Source: Saccostrea echinata
Lineage: Eukaryota
Length of the DNA stretch: 64,000 nt
NCBI RefSeq assembly: GCF_033153115.1
Contig: NW_026889761.1
Coordinates: 18,042,001 to 18,106,000 of the forward strand
Direction: 5' to 3'
Numbering within the stretch: position 1 is the first letter of the stretch; each line of letters starts with the position of its first letter. Below the pieces are notes generated by a model. It was given only the letters and a program-made list of their open reading frames with translations, did no database searches and was not told where the DNA came from. Made by a program: the position numbers and the translations under genes. Of this stretch, positions 13,988 through 26,348 are shown in pieces.

Positions 13988-14409
13988 AGAAAAGAGTTAA
14001 GAAGTCATAAAAACAAAGGAAACAGAGAAACAAAAACAACTAGCACTACTACTAAACTACGTATACCAAACACTAAATATATACAGTGTTACATGTTTAA
14101 TTTGAAGTTTAAACAGTTGTGAAGAAAGAAATCCGGAGCGCTATGAATTGCGTCCGGTCTATCGGGTGTACTCTGGTGAAGTGCGATTTACATAATTGAA
14201 CGAATTAATTATCGCTAATTAATTACGACCATGTAGTAAACCGTACACTTTCTTATTCTCTGAAAATAGCGTAACTATACATGATAAAAAGAAATTAAAG
14301 AAAGATAATATGGAAGGGCAATTTTAAAACATTAATTTGGATATATTATAAATTTAGAAATTGGATAAAAGAAAAAACAAAAATGTAAGCAATAAATATT
14401 TGCGTAGGT

Positions 14410-14688
14410 CATGGCCGTAGGAACCGGGGGGCACGGGGGGGGGGGGCGTGCCCGCCCCCCCCCCAATAATTTTGCCGAAATATAGATTACAATAGAAAAC
14501 ATAGCTTTTATACGCTTGTGCCCCCTCAATAAAAACGTCTGATGACCTTTTTTTTTTTTTTTATTTATTTATTTATTTTTTTTTTTTGCTTGTCAAGGAA
14601 TTTTTTGTAGTCGATATAGTGCCCCCTCAACTGAAAATGTATAGCTGTGCCCCCCCCCCCCAAACTGGAATTGCTTCCTACGGGCCTG
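14410..14688. mobile_element. MITE with 5-bp TSD inserted in the Penelope element
   Basis: TIRs catggccgtaggaacc / gcttcctacgggcctg; taggt duplicated at 14405-14409 and 14689-14693. Confidence 0.85.
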
Positions 14689-15521
14689 TAGGTTGTTCCA
14701 GAATTGCTAATGCGAATTAACGGTAAAGTTTACACTATATGGAGAGAATGAACTTGTTTGTTACAATCCGGGATTGGGTCTAGTTCACGTTCATCCTGGT
14801 GAAGTCATTTAGTTTGTTAATACCATTAGGGCGGAATGACTTCAGCCTTTGCATCCAGAACTTTTCCTTGCCTTTTCTCAGAGCGTCTGTCCATCTTGGA
14901 TTATGGTCAATAACTACTACTGTCATGTCCTCCCATGTGTGACCTTCAAGGTTGAAATGTTCCCCAACGAGTTCATTGAGTTTTTTGGTCCTAATAGTAG
15001 AACGGTGATTATTGACTCTCCTGCGGAGATCTCCTGTTTCACCAACATACTGTTTGGAGCAAACTTTGCAACTAACGAGATAAAAAATATAATAGTAAAA
15101 ATTAATTCAAGAAAAATTTATCAAAATCTCTAGGCTAGAAATAATTAGACTCGGCCTCGATCGTTAATTTAAAATTAAGGAAAATACGCAATACTATATC
15201 AAAAACTATTACAGAGCAATATGTGACAGACTCATGTTTTTATATATTATACACATGTGCATGGCAATGCATATTGCATGTGCATTTATTAATTGATCTA
15301 ATTATGTATATATTTTTATTTACAGCACACTATTACTAACAGCTGAATCATATAATTATTCATTTAATCTGTAGTAGAGTGTATTGACTTTTAAATTGTT
15401 CTTTTCCAGAGAAGTCCAGAGTTAGCCTCAGGGCTGTAATTATATTCTGGCCAAGGTCATTTTGTATCTTTTAATTTCATTGTTTTTTTTTTTAGTTTGT
15501 CTTATGCTTTTGGATTGGGTT

Positions 15522-15676
15522 NNNNNNNNNNNNNNNNNNNNNNNNNNNNNNNNNNNNNNNNNNNNNNNNNNNNNNNNNNNNNNNNNNNNNNNNNNNNNNN
15601 NNNNNNNNNNNNNNNNNNNNNNNNNNNNNNNNNNNNNNNNNNNNNNNNNNNNNNNNNNNNNNNNNNNNNNNNNNNN
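15522..15676. other. Assembly gap
   Basis: Run of N. Confidence 1.
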
Positions 15677-16412
15677 AAAGCTATAGTCATATCTTGGTGA
15701 TTGAGTTTTTCAAGTTGTCATAAACGACCTTTTGACATTGAGACTTATATTTCCACTTGCATGGTAAGTAATTCTTTCATACTAATGTTAATAGATTATT
15801 CTAATTTTATTAAATGTGAAATCTGTAATTTTGCACTTAATTCCTAAAGTCACTTTTCCTGGAGTAAATGAATAGTGAAAGTGAGACTGTAGATATAAAG
15901 TTATGTGTAAATAATACATGGATGTCTCACTTTTACATATTTTTAAAGTAAACTTCATTTTATGCTTAGTGTAGATATCTACAAAGTTGTTCATTGTTAA
16001 TTTGTAGATATTGATCTGTCTGTCTAGTGTATGCAGCTTATATATGTGCTGCAGTATGACCCATTCCCATTTAATGGTATGAATAATATTGTTTTTATGA
16101 GCAACAATAATTAATTATGTACATATACATTATCAGGATAATTATTGTAAAGTTTTTATGATAAATATGTATTGATTAAAGAAGTGGGAGATTTGATTGT
16201 GTACATATCATATAATTGGATTATCTCCCTTTGATTCTGACACAACTATATATTGATTGTATATTAATCAATAATTCTATAGTTTTTATGCTGAATATTT
16301 ATAATTTGTTATTTCATTACAGGGTTTCTCTACTATTACTGATTCATCATAATAAAGAGATCCGTCTTGTTTAAACACGAACCAACAGTCTTGTTGTTTT
16401 TCATCATCACCA

Positions 16413-16415
<3 letters not shown>

Positions 16416-16473
<58 letters not shown>
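16416..16473. repeat. (TA)n microsatellite
   Basis: Directly visible. Confidence 0.95.
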
Positions 16474-16477
<4 letters not shown>

Positions 16478-16563
16478 TTTTTTTTCTTGGCTTCACAGCT
16501 TACAATGATTATGTACAACTAGTTATGTGAACCTCCCAGCCCCTCTAACACACAGGTACTTGT

Positions 16564-16835
16564 GGACAGGACCCCCACCCCACCCCCAATATTCAATCCG
16601 GGGCTTGTTGGACATTTTTTCACAAATTATATTTATTGCACTTATTCATCATGTGTGTGTAGGAAAAAATCGTGAAAACCCCAAAATAGTCGTTCCACAC
16701 AAAAATACCCAACGAAAACATTATAATTTTTTTCCTATGGCACACATGGTGAATAAGTGTAATAAATATAATTTGTGAAAAAAAAATGTCCAACGGACAT
16801 CGGGCTTGAATTGGGGGGGGGGGGGGTTCCTGTCC
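16564..16835. mobile_element. Foldback MITE with about 105-bp inverted arms
   Basis: ggacagga...ttggacattttttcacaaattatatttattgcacttattcatcatgtgtg is mirrored by cacacatggtgaataagtgtaataaatataatttgtgaaaaaaaaatgtccaa...tcctgtcc. Confidence 0.75.
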
Positions 16836-16894
16836 AATAGAAACTGCATGTGCTCTATCAAAATGATTCTGTGAACATATGTACATGAACATCT

Positions 16895-17150
16895 CAGGCC
16901 CGTAGGAAGCAATTTCACTTTGAAGGGGCACAACCATACATTTCCAGTTGGGGAGGCACTATCAACTACCAAAATTCCTTGACAAGCCAAAAAAAAAAAT
17001 ACAAAAAAAAAAAACGTCATCAGAAGTTATTATTGAGGGGGGCACAAACATATAGTAGCTATGTTTTCTATAGTATTCTTTATATCGGCAAAATTATTGG
17101 GGGGGGGGGGGGGGGGCAAGGCCCCCCCCCCCGGTTCCTATACGGCCATG
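16895..17150. mobile_element. Second copy (opposite orientation) of the 5-bp-TSD MITE
   Basis: Reverse-complement match to 14410-14688; catct duplicated at 16890-16894 and 17151-17155. Confidence 0.85.
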
Positions 17151-18347
17151 CATCTATACAAAAGTCGTGTATCTATTTTAAAAGAAAAAAATACAACATT
17201 TATCCCACCTTCAGAATATCAACGTTTTGTGATATCTTTCCTCTTCACAAACCCTTGGATATGGTTTCCTTTACTATCACATGATTGTCTGATTATTTAA
17301 ACACACTTAAATGCAGAGTGATCGAAGAGAATACTAGGCCTAATTCACAGAAAAATCCCCCCTCCCCTCCTGTGATTGTATTTTTTTTTTCTTCGTGCAA
17401 ATGTCTTTTACGATTTGTCATACAACTCATACCTCATGCATATATAATAAAAATTTAAGATCAAAAACACGTGTCTATACTATTTTGACAGCTTTCGTAT
17501 TTCGCGGAATTTTTTCTCGGCATTTTGTTCCGAAGGAACAGTCTTCGCCATCTTTGTTTACATTCTATCACGAAGGAAGGAAAGTTTTTCCAAAATTTGT
17601 ATCATTTTGGTGCTTGGGAGAAGTGTTTACCAACCAAGGTAAGGCATGATAGACAACTATTATAACTCTACATTTATATTATTATTCTTTGCATTTGCCA
17701 AACCTAAAGTTTCCATTTAGTAAATCAGTAAGTCGGATGTATACCCTGGTTAAGTATATATATGTGTCACACGAAAATTCATGTGTGTTTTAGGGATATC
17801 AGTGGATATAATTGCAACAAAGTGGTCAATACAATGCGTTTTTCCAAATACCATTTAATAATTTGCATGAAAGCCTTTTTAAAGAACGAAACAGTAGAGT
17901 ATCGGAAACAGTACCCGAGGAATTTCGGATGATTCACAGCCATATAAAATTGCAATGCATTATGACAAACATTATCAGTATACTTGTATACTTAACCATT
18001 ATTTTATAATTCAGTTTTCTTTTGTCTGTCTTTTGATTTGTTATCTTGACTGTATCCCAACATGGTGATATGTCAATAAATTGAATTGAATAACTGCAAA
18101 TGACAGTTTTAAGATGAAGATTTATCCCTTTTATATTAGAGAAGATAAGTTTAACGATGTCATTTTGTTGCACGAGAGTCTTTGACGTATGGATCTATCA
18201 TTCTTACAATCACTGAAGTTACTGTAATCCTTGAATAGTCGCTCACATAGCTCTTGCTGTCTTAAAAGTTATCGACTAGTTTTAAGGATTTACACCAATA
18301 TCTCAGAAAACAGTAAATATCAATAATTATCTGCCTGTCTTTTTCAG

Positions 18348-21300
18348 ATGAACTCAGACTTGAGTCACTTGAGCTCAGTCCTTCCATTACTTTTGGAATC
18401 AGTTTTTGTGCCTTTTTCCCTGGTTGTGGTTGTGATTGACCAGAATCATAGCTTTATAGAGAACTCTCTGCTCAGGAGTTATCTCCCTCGATGGAGGAAT
18501 AGGAAGATTAGGCAATATGTCTACGTGTGTTTGTTTGTAATGGCATTGAGTATAATGTACATGAAGCACCTCTCTGTAAACTTGGAACTTTGTATATTGA
18601 CATTCATTACAATGATAATACCCCTGTCATTCTGGTTTCCAAGCAAGTCAAAGACTGACATTGTGTCTGACAAATGTGTTGGGACCCCAAAAGTACCAGT
18701 CTCTAACAAGTCAGTGGGTGGGTCCCCAGTAACACACATGGATCAGACAACCAGTGCCTCCACCTGCTGTAGGGCTGGGATAACTAAGTACCTGTTTCCC
18801 CTGTCTTCCTCCTCACCAGAGCCTCAATCTGAGGTGAATATTGAGGAGGAGCTGAGGAGGTCCTATGTGGAGGCCTTTAGGGAACTGTTTGATGAGGGGG
18901 AGGTAACTCAAGAGGAGCTTGTCACTGCCTTACAGTATCTCAACACACTCAAGGGAGGTAAGTCTGACATTCACCACAAAAAGTCTCTGTAAGAAAGTTT
19001 GTAACATGTATATGCTTGGATATGACAAAGACATTTGTATTTTTCTTGAGGATCACTGATAGCTTTCTATCACAGGCACTTGTTTCTGTAATAAATTTTT
19101 TACCCAGTAGTACATGTACATTGTATTATAACAACAAAAGTTATTTAACTCCAAATAACATGGAGCACCCCTTCCCAGAATTGTACTCATTTTCATTTTC
19201 AGAGAAAACACAGTGGGAAACTGTTTAATAACATTCTTTTCTTCTATAATTTATTTACAAAATCATGTATGGCATGCTTGCTTTAATTGTTTTCTATCTG
19301 CGTAAACAACCTCTGACTGGAAAACTGTATTCACATTATATAAATAGTGCACGTTTTTGAGGGTAACAGTTGAAATTGACACCCCAAGGAAAACCATTGT
19401 CAACCGACGCGTGAGCGGAGGTTGACAATGGTTTTCCAAGGGGTGTCAATTTCAACTGTTACCCTCAAAAACGTGCACTATTTATTTTATTATACTGAAT
19501 GTCTTATTGATTTCGGGTGTCATAAAAAAAATTCGGAGATCGTCGTTAAGTTCACGCTTAGAAAGCTTTCAAACTCCCCGCTTCTATTTTTCTCAATAAG
19601 AATTAAAGCTTCGGAAAAGATTTACCAATCTCTTTATTGTTTGTTTGCTACTCAAAAAGTCCTTTATCATCTAAAGTTTGCACTCGCAAGGATGTTTCGT
19701 CTGTCGTTTGTTGTTTTCAAATAAGCTATATCGGACGCAAGCTTTTATTGACGTCGTTTATTCGGCTTCTTTCAAACGCACAACCGACGTTTTGCGAATT
19801 CTACGGTGAACCGTACGCGCATGATTTGAACGCATGTGATATTTTCGTAATGTTACCCGTTGTCAAGTGTGTTGCTAACGCTGAGGGTAACATTACGGAT
19901 TGTTAAATGCGTCTAAACCAATCAGATTTTAGTATTTAACATGAAAGTATAATAACACAAAATGCTACATGTATGTACTAGACTCAGACAGAAAGCAAAA
20001 TTTAAAATAAAAGAAACTGCCTTATAGCCAGTCAAAATACGTATAGATATTCAGCCAGATACAGTACACAGCACTTTGTGGTGTACGTGAAATAAATTTT
20101 CCAGTCAAAATAAAGGCAAGCATGCTATATATGGTTTTTAATTAAATGATAGTAGAAGAGATTATTAGTCAACAGTTTTCCGCTGTGTTTTCTCTGTAAG
20201 TGTAAATGACTGCAATACTTGGGAGGATGGAACAGTGTACTCCTTGTAATTTAATTGGATTGAGATACCTTGTGATATTATTATACTACTGGGTTAAAAA
20301 TTTATTTTGGAAACAAGTGCTTGTGCTTTCCATCAACTTTAGAATGTAAAAATATACATAAACTTTTATTTGCTGAGGATTTATTGTGTTTTCACAGATG
20401 TAACTGTTACATGTACAAACATAGCATATACATGTTCATGTTAATGTATTATTTGATAATGGTACATGTATGCATCTCTCTGTGTTATCATGGTGAGAAT
20501 TATTTGAGCAGAAATTCTATTTTATTTTGATGATATGAATTAATATTTTTGGATTCATGTACCAAGTGTTGTAAGTTTTCCAAAATGATGTGAAAGTACA
20601 TTGAATTTTCTCAAGAAATATGTCTTGAATTTTTAGGGATAACCGCCCACAGAAGTGCTGAAAAGTTGACAGATGCAGTAGACCATATCAAGAGTATGGG
20701 AGGACAGAGGTCACGGCTGGATGACTCTGGGCTTCCACAAGATTATACATACGAGGAACTCCGACACATTGTGGTAGATGGTAATGGATATTCCCTGGAA
20801 GACTTTGAGAGAGTGTTGGAGAAGTGGTTAGAGAACAACCGTAAGTATGATTGTTACTAACATGACACTGTGAAACAGCCAAGGATTAATTTAAAACACC
20901 CAAGGATGAATTTATTGTTACTGTAACAGTAAAGATAAAGAATTGTCTCCCTTGAAATATGATACAATTATTGGAATTTTATTTATCATATGATGAAAAA
21001 TTAATTGCAAATAAAAAAAACTATATCTGATCACAAGTTGTCTCAATGTAGGATTTCTGTATAAATTACTCAGTTCATCCAACTATCATTGAAATATTTA
21101 ACTTACAGTATTTTTCTGTTATCTAGGTTTTCTCCCTTCTCCTGAGGAGTTTGTTGATATCCACCATGACATGAAAGGTATAGGTAAATAACAGTTTGAT
21201 CATTCAGTGCATTCTTTCTTTTTTTTGCACACAAGAAAATGAAATAAAAATGACAAAGTAATAGTTCTGTGTGTGTACTGAAGATGTCCTTAAAAAAGCA

Positions 21301-22108
21301 TTTGATCTTTGGTTCTTCTTTGATACATGTAATATGTTTTGTTTCATTAAATGATTACATTATAATAAACACCAAATGCAAAGTATATGAATAAGTAGTT
21401 AGAATAATCTAACTTTGTCTCGGGACAGGCCCTCACCGGGTCTGTAGGACATTTAACATTTTGAATATTTTTAAAGAGAATAAGGAATGGACTCTCAAAT
21501 CAATGTTCAAGGATGAATTTTTTACCCATTGGTAACATTTAAAAGAATGGTTGTAAAAAATTTTAATTGTAGTGCAACTGGAGAGAGAGGTGGCAGAGAC
21601 AAAGAGGGAGGTGGAGGAGACTCGTCACGAGATGGAGGAGACTCGTCATGAGATGGAGGAGACTCTGAGGGTGGTGGAGGAAACCACACAGGAAGTGATG
21701 GAATCCCAACAGAAGGTCTCGTCACTCAGAGAGAGGCTGCAGCAGAAGGAGAGGATCATCCTACAGAAGGATCAAGTCTTACAACAGAAGGATCAAGTCT
21801 TACAACAGAAAGACAGACTCCTTGATCAGGAGAGACAGAGGAACAGAATCCTGGAGGAGAGAAGTCATCAGCTCTCTGAGGGGAAGTGGCAGAGGAGGGT
21901 GTGTGAGTTGGAGGAGGAAATCTGTCGACTGTCCGCCCAGTCTGACCGCGCCAAGTGTAAGATCTGTCATGTGAAGGAAGTCCAGGTGTTCTTTACTTCC
22001 TGTAATCACCTGGTCTCCTGTCAGGGATGTGTGGACAGTCTGCCAGAGAAAGTGTGTCCTTTGTGTAGGACACCCATTAAAGGAACAGTCACAATGTTCT
22101 TTGCATAG
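18348..22108 (+). CDS. IAP-type RING E3 ubiquitin ligase without BIR domains (N-terminal hydrophobic segments, helical middle, coiled coil, C3HC4 RING), about 466 aa
   Basis: Phase-1 exons 18348-18957, 20637-20840, 21127-21177, 21573-22108; the C-terminal CKICHVKEVQVFFTSCNHLVSCQGCVDSLPEKVCPLCRTPIKGTVTMFFA is an IAP/XIAP-type RING. Probable non-coding first exon ends at 17638 (AG|GTAAGG); an acceptor lies immediately before the ATG. Confidence 0.85.
19338..19953. mobile_element. Crypton-like non-autonomous element (terminal hairpin plus IR-bounded body)
   Basis: About 145-bp near-perfect hairpin 19340-19485, then a body bounded by ttatact...agtataa; no TSD seen. Confidence 0.65.
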
Positions 22109-25100
22109 AAACTATGCAACATGTAGATCTGTGATTTTGGCAGCTGTTACCTGTACTGGTAGTCATGTATATATGTACATATAACTATGTGTATCATATT
22201 CATTGAATTGGGTTGAATTCTTGTGACAAACCTTTCCCCAACTAACATTTTAATTTACAGTACTTGGAGACTGATGCATATCTTATCAAATGATATTAGT
22301 CCAATTGTTAGATGTTAACATAATTCTTTTTGACTTAAAGTTTTTGTAACAATACAATATTTTATGATTTAGTTAGGATATTTTCCTAGTTCAGATTTTT
22401 ATTTTTCTATGAAAGTAAGTTTTTTTCCCTGGACAGTCAGCATTTTTGCTTGAACAAAAATTTTTTGTTAAAATCATTTCAGGCAGCCTTAATATCTATA
22501 ACTACCTATAATGGGTCATAAATATGTGTCCAATCTAGTGGGAGCAAATTTTTTTATCATGATGAAACATTTTTTCTGATGGAGCAAATAATCAAATTTT
22601 TGGGAACAGAAATAAAACAACTGTAAAAAGTTATGCTTTGGTTTTGTATTACCATAATTGTCCGAGTGTTACTTCTAGCGATATGGCTTGATGGTTTTAA
22701 GTATATACAGGCAGAGATGTAAGTAAGGAATTTTCATTATTGCAAAAGTTAAATGATTTTTTTTTACTTTTGAAACGGTTTTTTTAACACCAAAAATGCT
22801 ATTTTCTGCTAAATCATGTAAATTGTTTAATGCCAACTATTCATTATGTTTATCTAATATTATCTACCAATTATAATTTTTCAAGGTGTGTTATGTCTCA
22901 GAAAATATGTGCTGTAAGTATCGAATTGTAAATGTATACTAGCACAGAAATTAACATTGCAGCTATTGCTGGGAAAAAACACATAACCCTCATAAGTGGG
23001 TTATGTAAAAAAAATTTCTGCAATAGCTGCAACTGTTCCTTCCCGTACTAACAAAGAAAGAATGACATTATATTGTTGATATTTATCATTTATGTCTGTT
23101 GAATAATCCTATAAAGTAGGTTTGAGTTTGTTAAATATTGTATTATTGATATGTGCATCATTGTATATTTCATTGATTGAAAAGCACACTACATTAGAAA
23201 TCTGTAAAGGTGGCTTGAAAAACCAGTCCTAACTGACATGTATTGATTGATGAAAGAAGTGGTTTTCACAAGAAATTTTCAATGGATGTAAATATTATGT
23301 ATACAAGTATTATGTGTGACAAGAATGGCAATTTTAGCTTTGATTATTATTTACTGAAGACAGTATGTGCAATATATAATGGAGAGTGACTGTTTTATAT
23401 GAGTGCATTGGACAAAGTGCTATCTTTTTCTTATCAGTATAAGGATATTTTATGTATTTCATTTCATACTAACAAATTTTAATTAGCTTATGAACAAAGT
23501 ATGGATGTGAGTATAATTTTATTTTAAATTTGTGTCACTCAGAAATGAGTGAAATGTCTGCAAGATGTGGATTTGTGTAATTTGGTAAGATATGAATGGA
23601 TTTTTTTTATGTATAAGATTATTGAATCAGAATACTGTTTATGTATTTATTTTTGCAGAATTTAAATTTTGGCATCATTGATGTAATCTTTATTTTCCAA
23701 TTCAGAAATGTGTTTTCATGAAAACATAGAACATTGATATACTACAAATACTAACTCATGAGTGCCCCAAATTCTTCATTACATTTCATTGTGCTATTTT
23801 TTTTAATGCAGGGTATGCTAAAATATGTACACTTACAGTTTGAGAATACAGAGGGTGTTCAACAAGTTTTAATTTAATCTACTCATGTAGCACATGTAAA
23901 TAAGTGTTTTAACACATCAAAATCAAAATAACACACAGAGCATACATACTTAATGTAGAATGATTTTTAAATTGTTTAAGTATTTTTTGATGGTATAGAT
24001 TTAAATTCTGCGATGATAACAATTGTATAAAAAATTAAAGAGCATAAAAGATTACTTATTGGTATCATATTCTGCATCTTTACTACATTTTACTTTGTTA
24101 CAAATATAAGTAAAATATCTCCTATATCTTGTTTGATCACCCCAACTCAGAAGTTATTATGCATTGAATTGGCAGCTTTTTATATAAAAAAAGTCTTCAT
24201 GTTTACAATAACAAACATGTCTAGATATATTAGTTTATAACTATTCTGCTGAGGTTATTTTTAGCAAAGCCTGATTCCCAAGGTCTCCAATTATGCAATG
24301 ATATTCCTAATATAAAGGTACAGAAAATGATAGTGTTATTAAGACATAAGAATTGTTGATTTTATTTATGGTATAAGGTACAAATCTGAGATATTTTTAC
24401 AGAAAATGCAAAAGAACATATTATTGTTAGAAGAGTGGAATAATTTAAAATGTTGATACTGATAGAATAAAAATTAAATGTAGAATATGTTGGTAGAGCA
24501 ATGCTGACTGTGCCTCAAATGTGCATAGGTGCAATATTTTTATAATGGATATTATTGCAGATCCCAGAACTGATGTGTTTATATACAAAATGCCGTCAGG
24601 CTGAGGTATACTGTAGCTTATTTAAAGATAGTGGATGCTAGTACATATTTAAGAATTGATTAGTGCTATATGCTGGAAAATTCTTTAATGAAGTTTCATT
24701 GTAAATACTGTAGATACTAGATTTAATCTTAGTCAACTTTTTAATCTAACCACACCCTGTTACACAAAATATTAAAATTTAAAACATTTGTTTTCCTGAA
24801 AGACTGAAAAATTTGTTAACTGCATGTTTAATTTTGTTTGGATATTTAAGTACATATTTTGTTGTAAATTTCCAATTTGAAATAATAATAAATCTTCTTG
24901 TGATAAGAAAAAAGTTGAAAGGATTAGAATATATACTGGTGTATACATACATTTGAAATCTTTATTTTAACTATGTTTCATTTTAAATATATAATTTTAT
25001 ATATCCTTTTAACACATGTAAAGTAAATTTCTTAACAGTTTATATGAGCCTTACTTTACACTTGGAAGTAGTTTAAAAGTGCTATTGTTTTACTATTTTA

Positions 25101-26348
25101 TCTGTCTTATTTCATTTGAGATGAAATTAATTTTCAAATTCTTCTATGTATACTCTCCCTGTTCTATTTTGTTCTGTATTCATAAATTTTTAAAGCTTGT
25201 TTTTAGAAGAATAAAAATGACATCAAATTTAGGTTTGAAATTTACTATCTTCTCTCTCTCTCTCTCTCTCAAATCTTGTCCTGTAAATTTTAGCTAAAAT
25301 ATGAATTGTATATAAATTTTATAAATTAGTTGAGTTATTTTTATAATAGAAGTACTAGTGATGCAATAAAAAATGTGCATAAAATGCAAGAAAACTTGAC
25401 GTGCATTTTTTTCTTTATACTGATCAAATTTAACAAGAGTTTTGCTCTTGAGAAATACCTGAGGGTGGTCCTGTTGTGTACCTACAAGTAGCTGTCCATC
25501 CGTCAAATCACTCATTTGACTTTACCTACAAGTTTGCTCCAATTTTGATGGAACTTTGCATAAAGAACAAGAAGATTACATCAACATACCCAATTCCTCA
25601 CATTATGATTGAACAGGGTTTGCACTGTTAATTAAAAATAAACTCTTTTGAAATGCATCTACATCAGGTACATGTCCTCAACGCAAGGGGCCCTGGGTCC
25701 ACTGTTGACGCGGGGCCCGGGGTCCCATGTCCGTAAGTGGACTCGCGACTCCTGACGTTGAGAGGAAGTAGTTAGAACCCGACGTATTTTAGTGCTAGAT
25801 ATACACTTTTCCAAGAGACAGATAAAATTTCCAATATTATTTCCAAATTATGTTTATTGCTTTGATTCGTTTATTAATTTGACAGAAATTTCTTTAGATG
25901 AACTTTTTAAAATCATGATACAATGATGCGTTCATTTTATTACCTATGTTTAAAATTTACATAATTATACATGTTTAAGTTAATCAGCTAGAATACGATG
26001 TGTCTTTAGATTAACAACCACAGAATAGGAACTGGGTGTGATATACATGTACATTTAAAAAGAACTAATCATGTCAAATTTACCAACTATGTACGACGTT
26101 TCTTTTCTAAGTAAAGTAAACTGCAGGTTAAATTCTCAAACCTTTTTTTTTTTGTATAATGACGACAATATATTGTTTTAACTTTAATGTGGTAATTTGT
26201 TCTGTATCTCATAAAACGTTTTTCTGTAATTTTTTTGTTCAAGATGGTTTGTGGCATGATTGAAAATATTAAACGTCAATTTACAAATATGTTCACACTT
26301 GGAACTAGGTGGCAAAGTAACTTAATAGGCTGCACATCAAAAACTCAC

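Larger units (their letters stand above)
13911..15082 (-). mobile_element. 5'-truncated Penelope-like retroelement: GIY-YIG endonuclease C-terminus plus 3' region
   Basis: Minus-strand 15082-14780 translates to YLVSCKVCSKQYVGETGDLRRRVNNHRSTIRTKKLNELVGEHFNLEGHTWEDM...EKFWMQRLKSFRPNGIN..., the GIY-YIG signature of PLEs (missed by the ORF track because it has no start codon). Confidence 0.88.

Noticed and set aside
14849-15133. 94-aa plus-strand ORF
   Set aside because: Antisense of the Penelope GIY-YIG coding fragment.
15462-15700. ORFs containing X runs
   Set aside because: Artefacts of the N gap.
25294-25525. Alternative last exon of the stefin-like gene (VKSNE* or HNRTTLRYF...)
   Set aside because: Acceptors exist and TLRYF resembles a stefin C-terminus, but the sequence alone cannot choose between these and 26106-26080.
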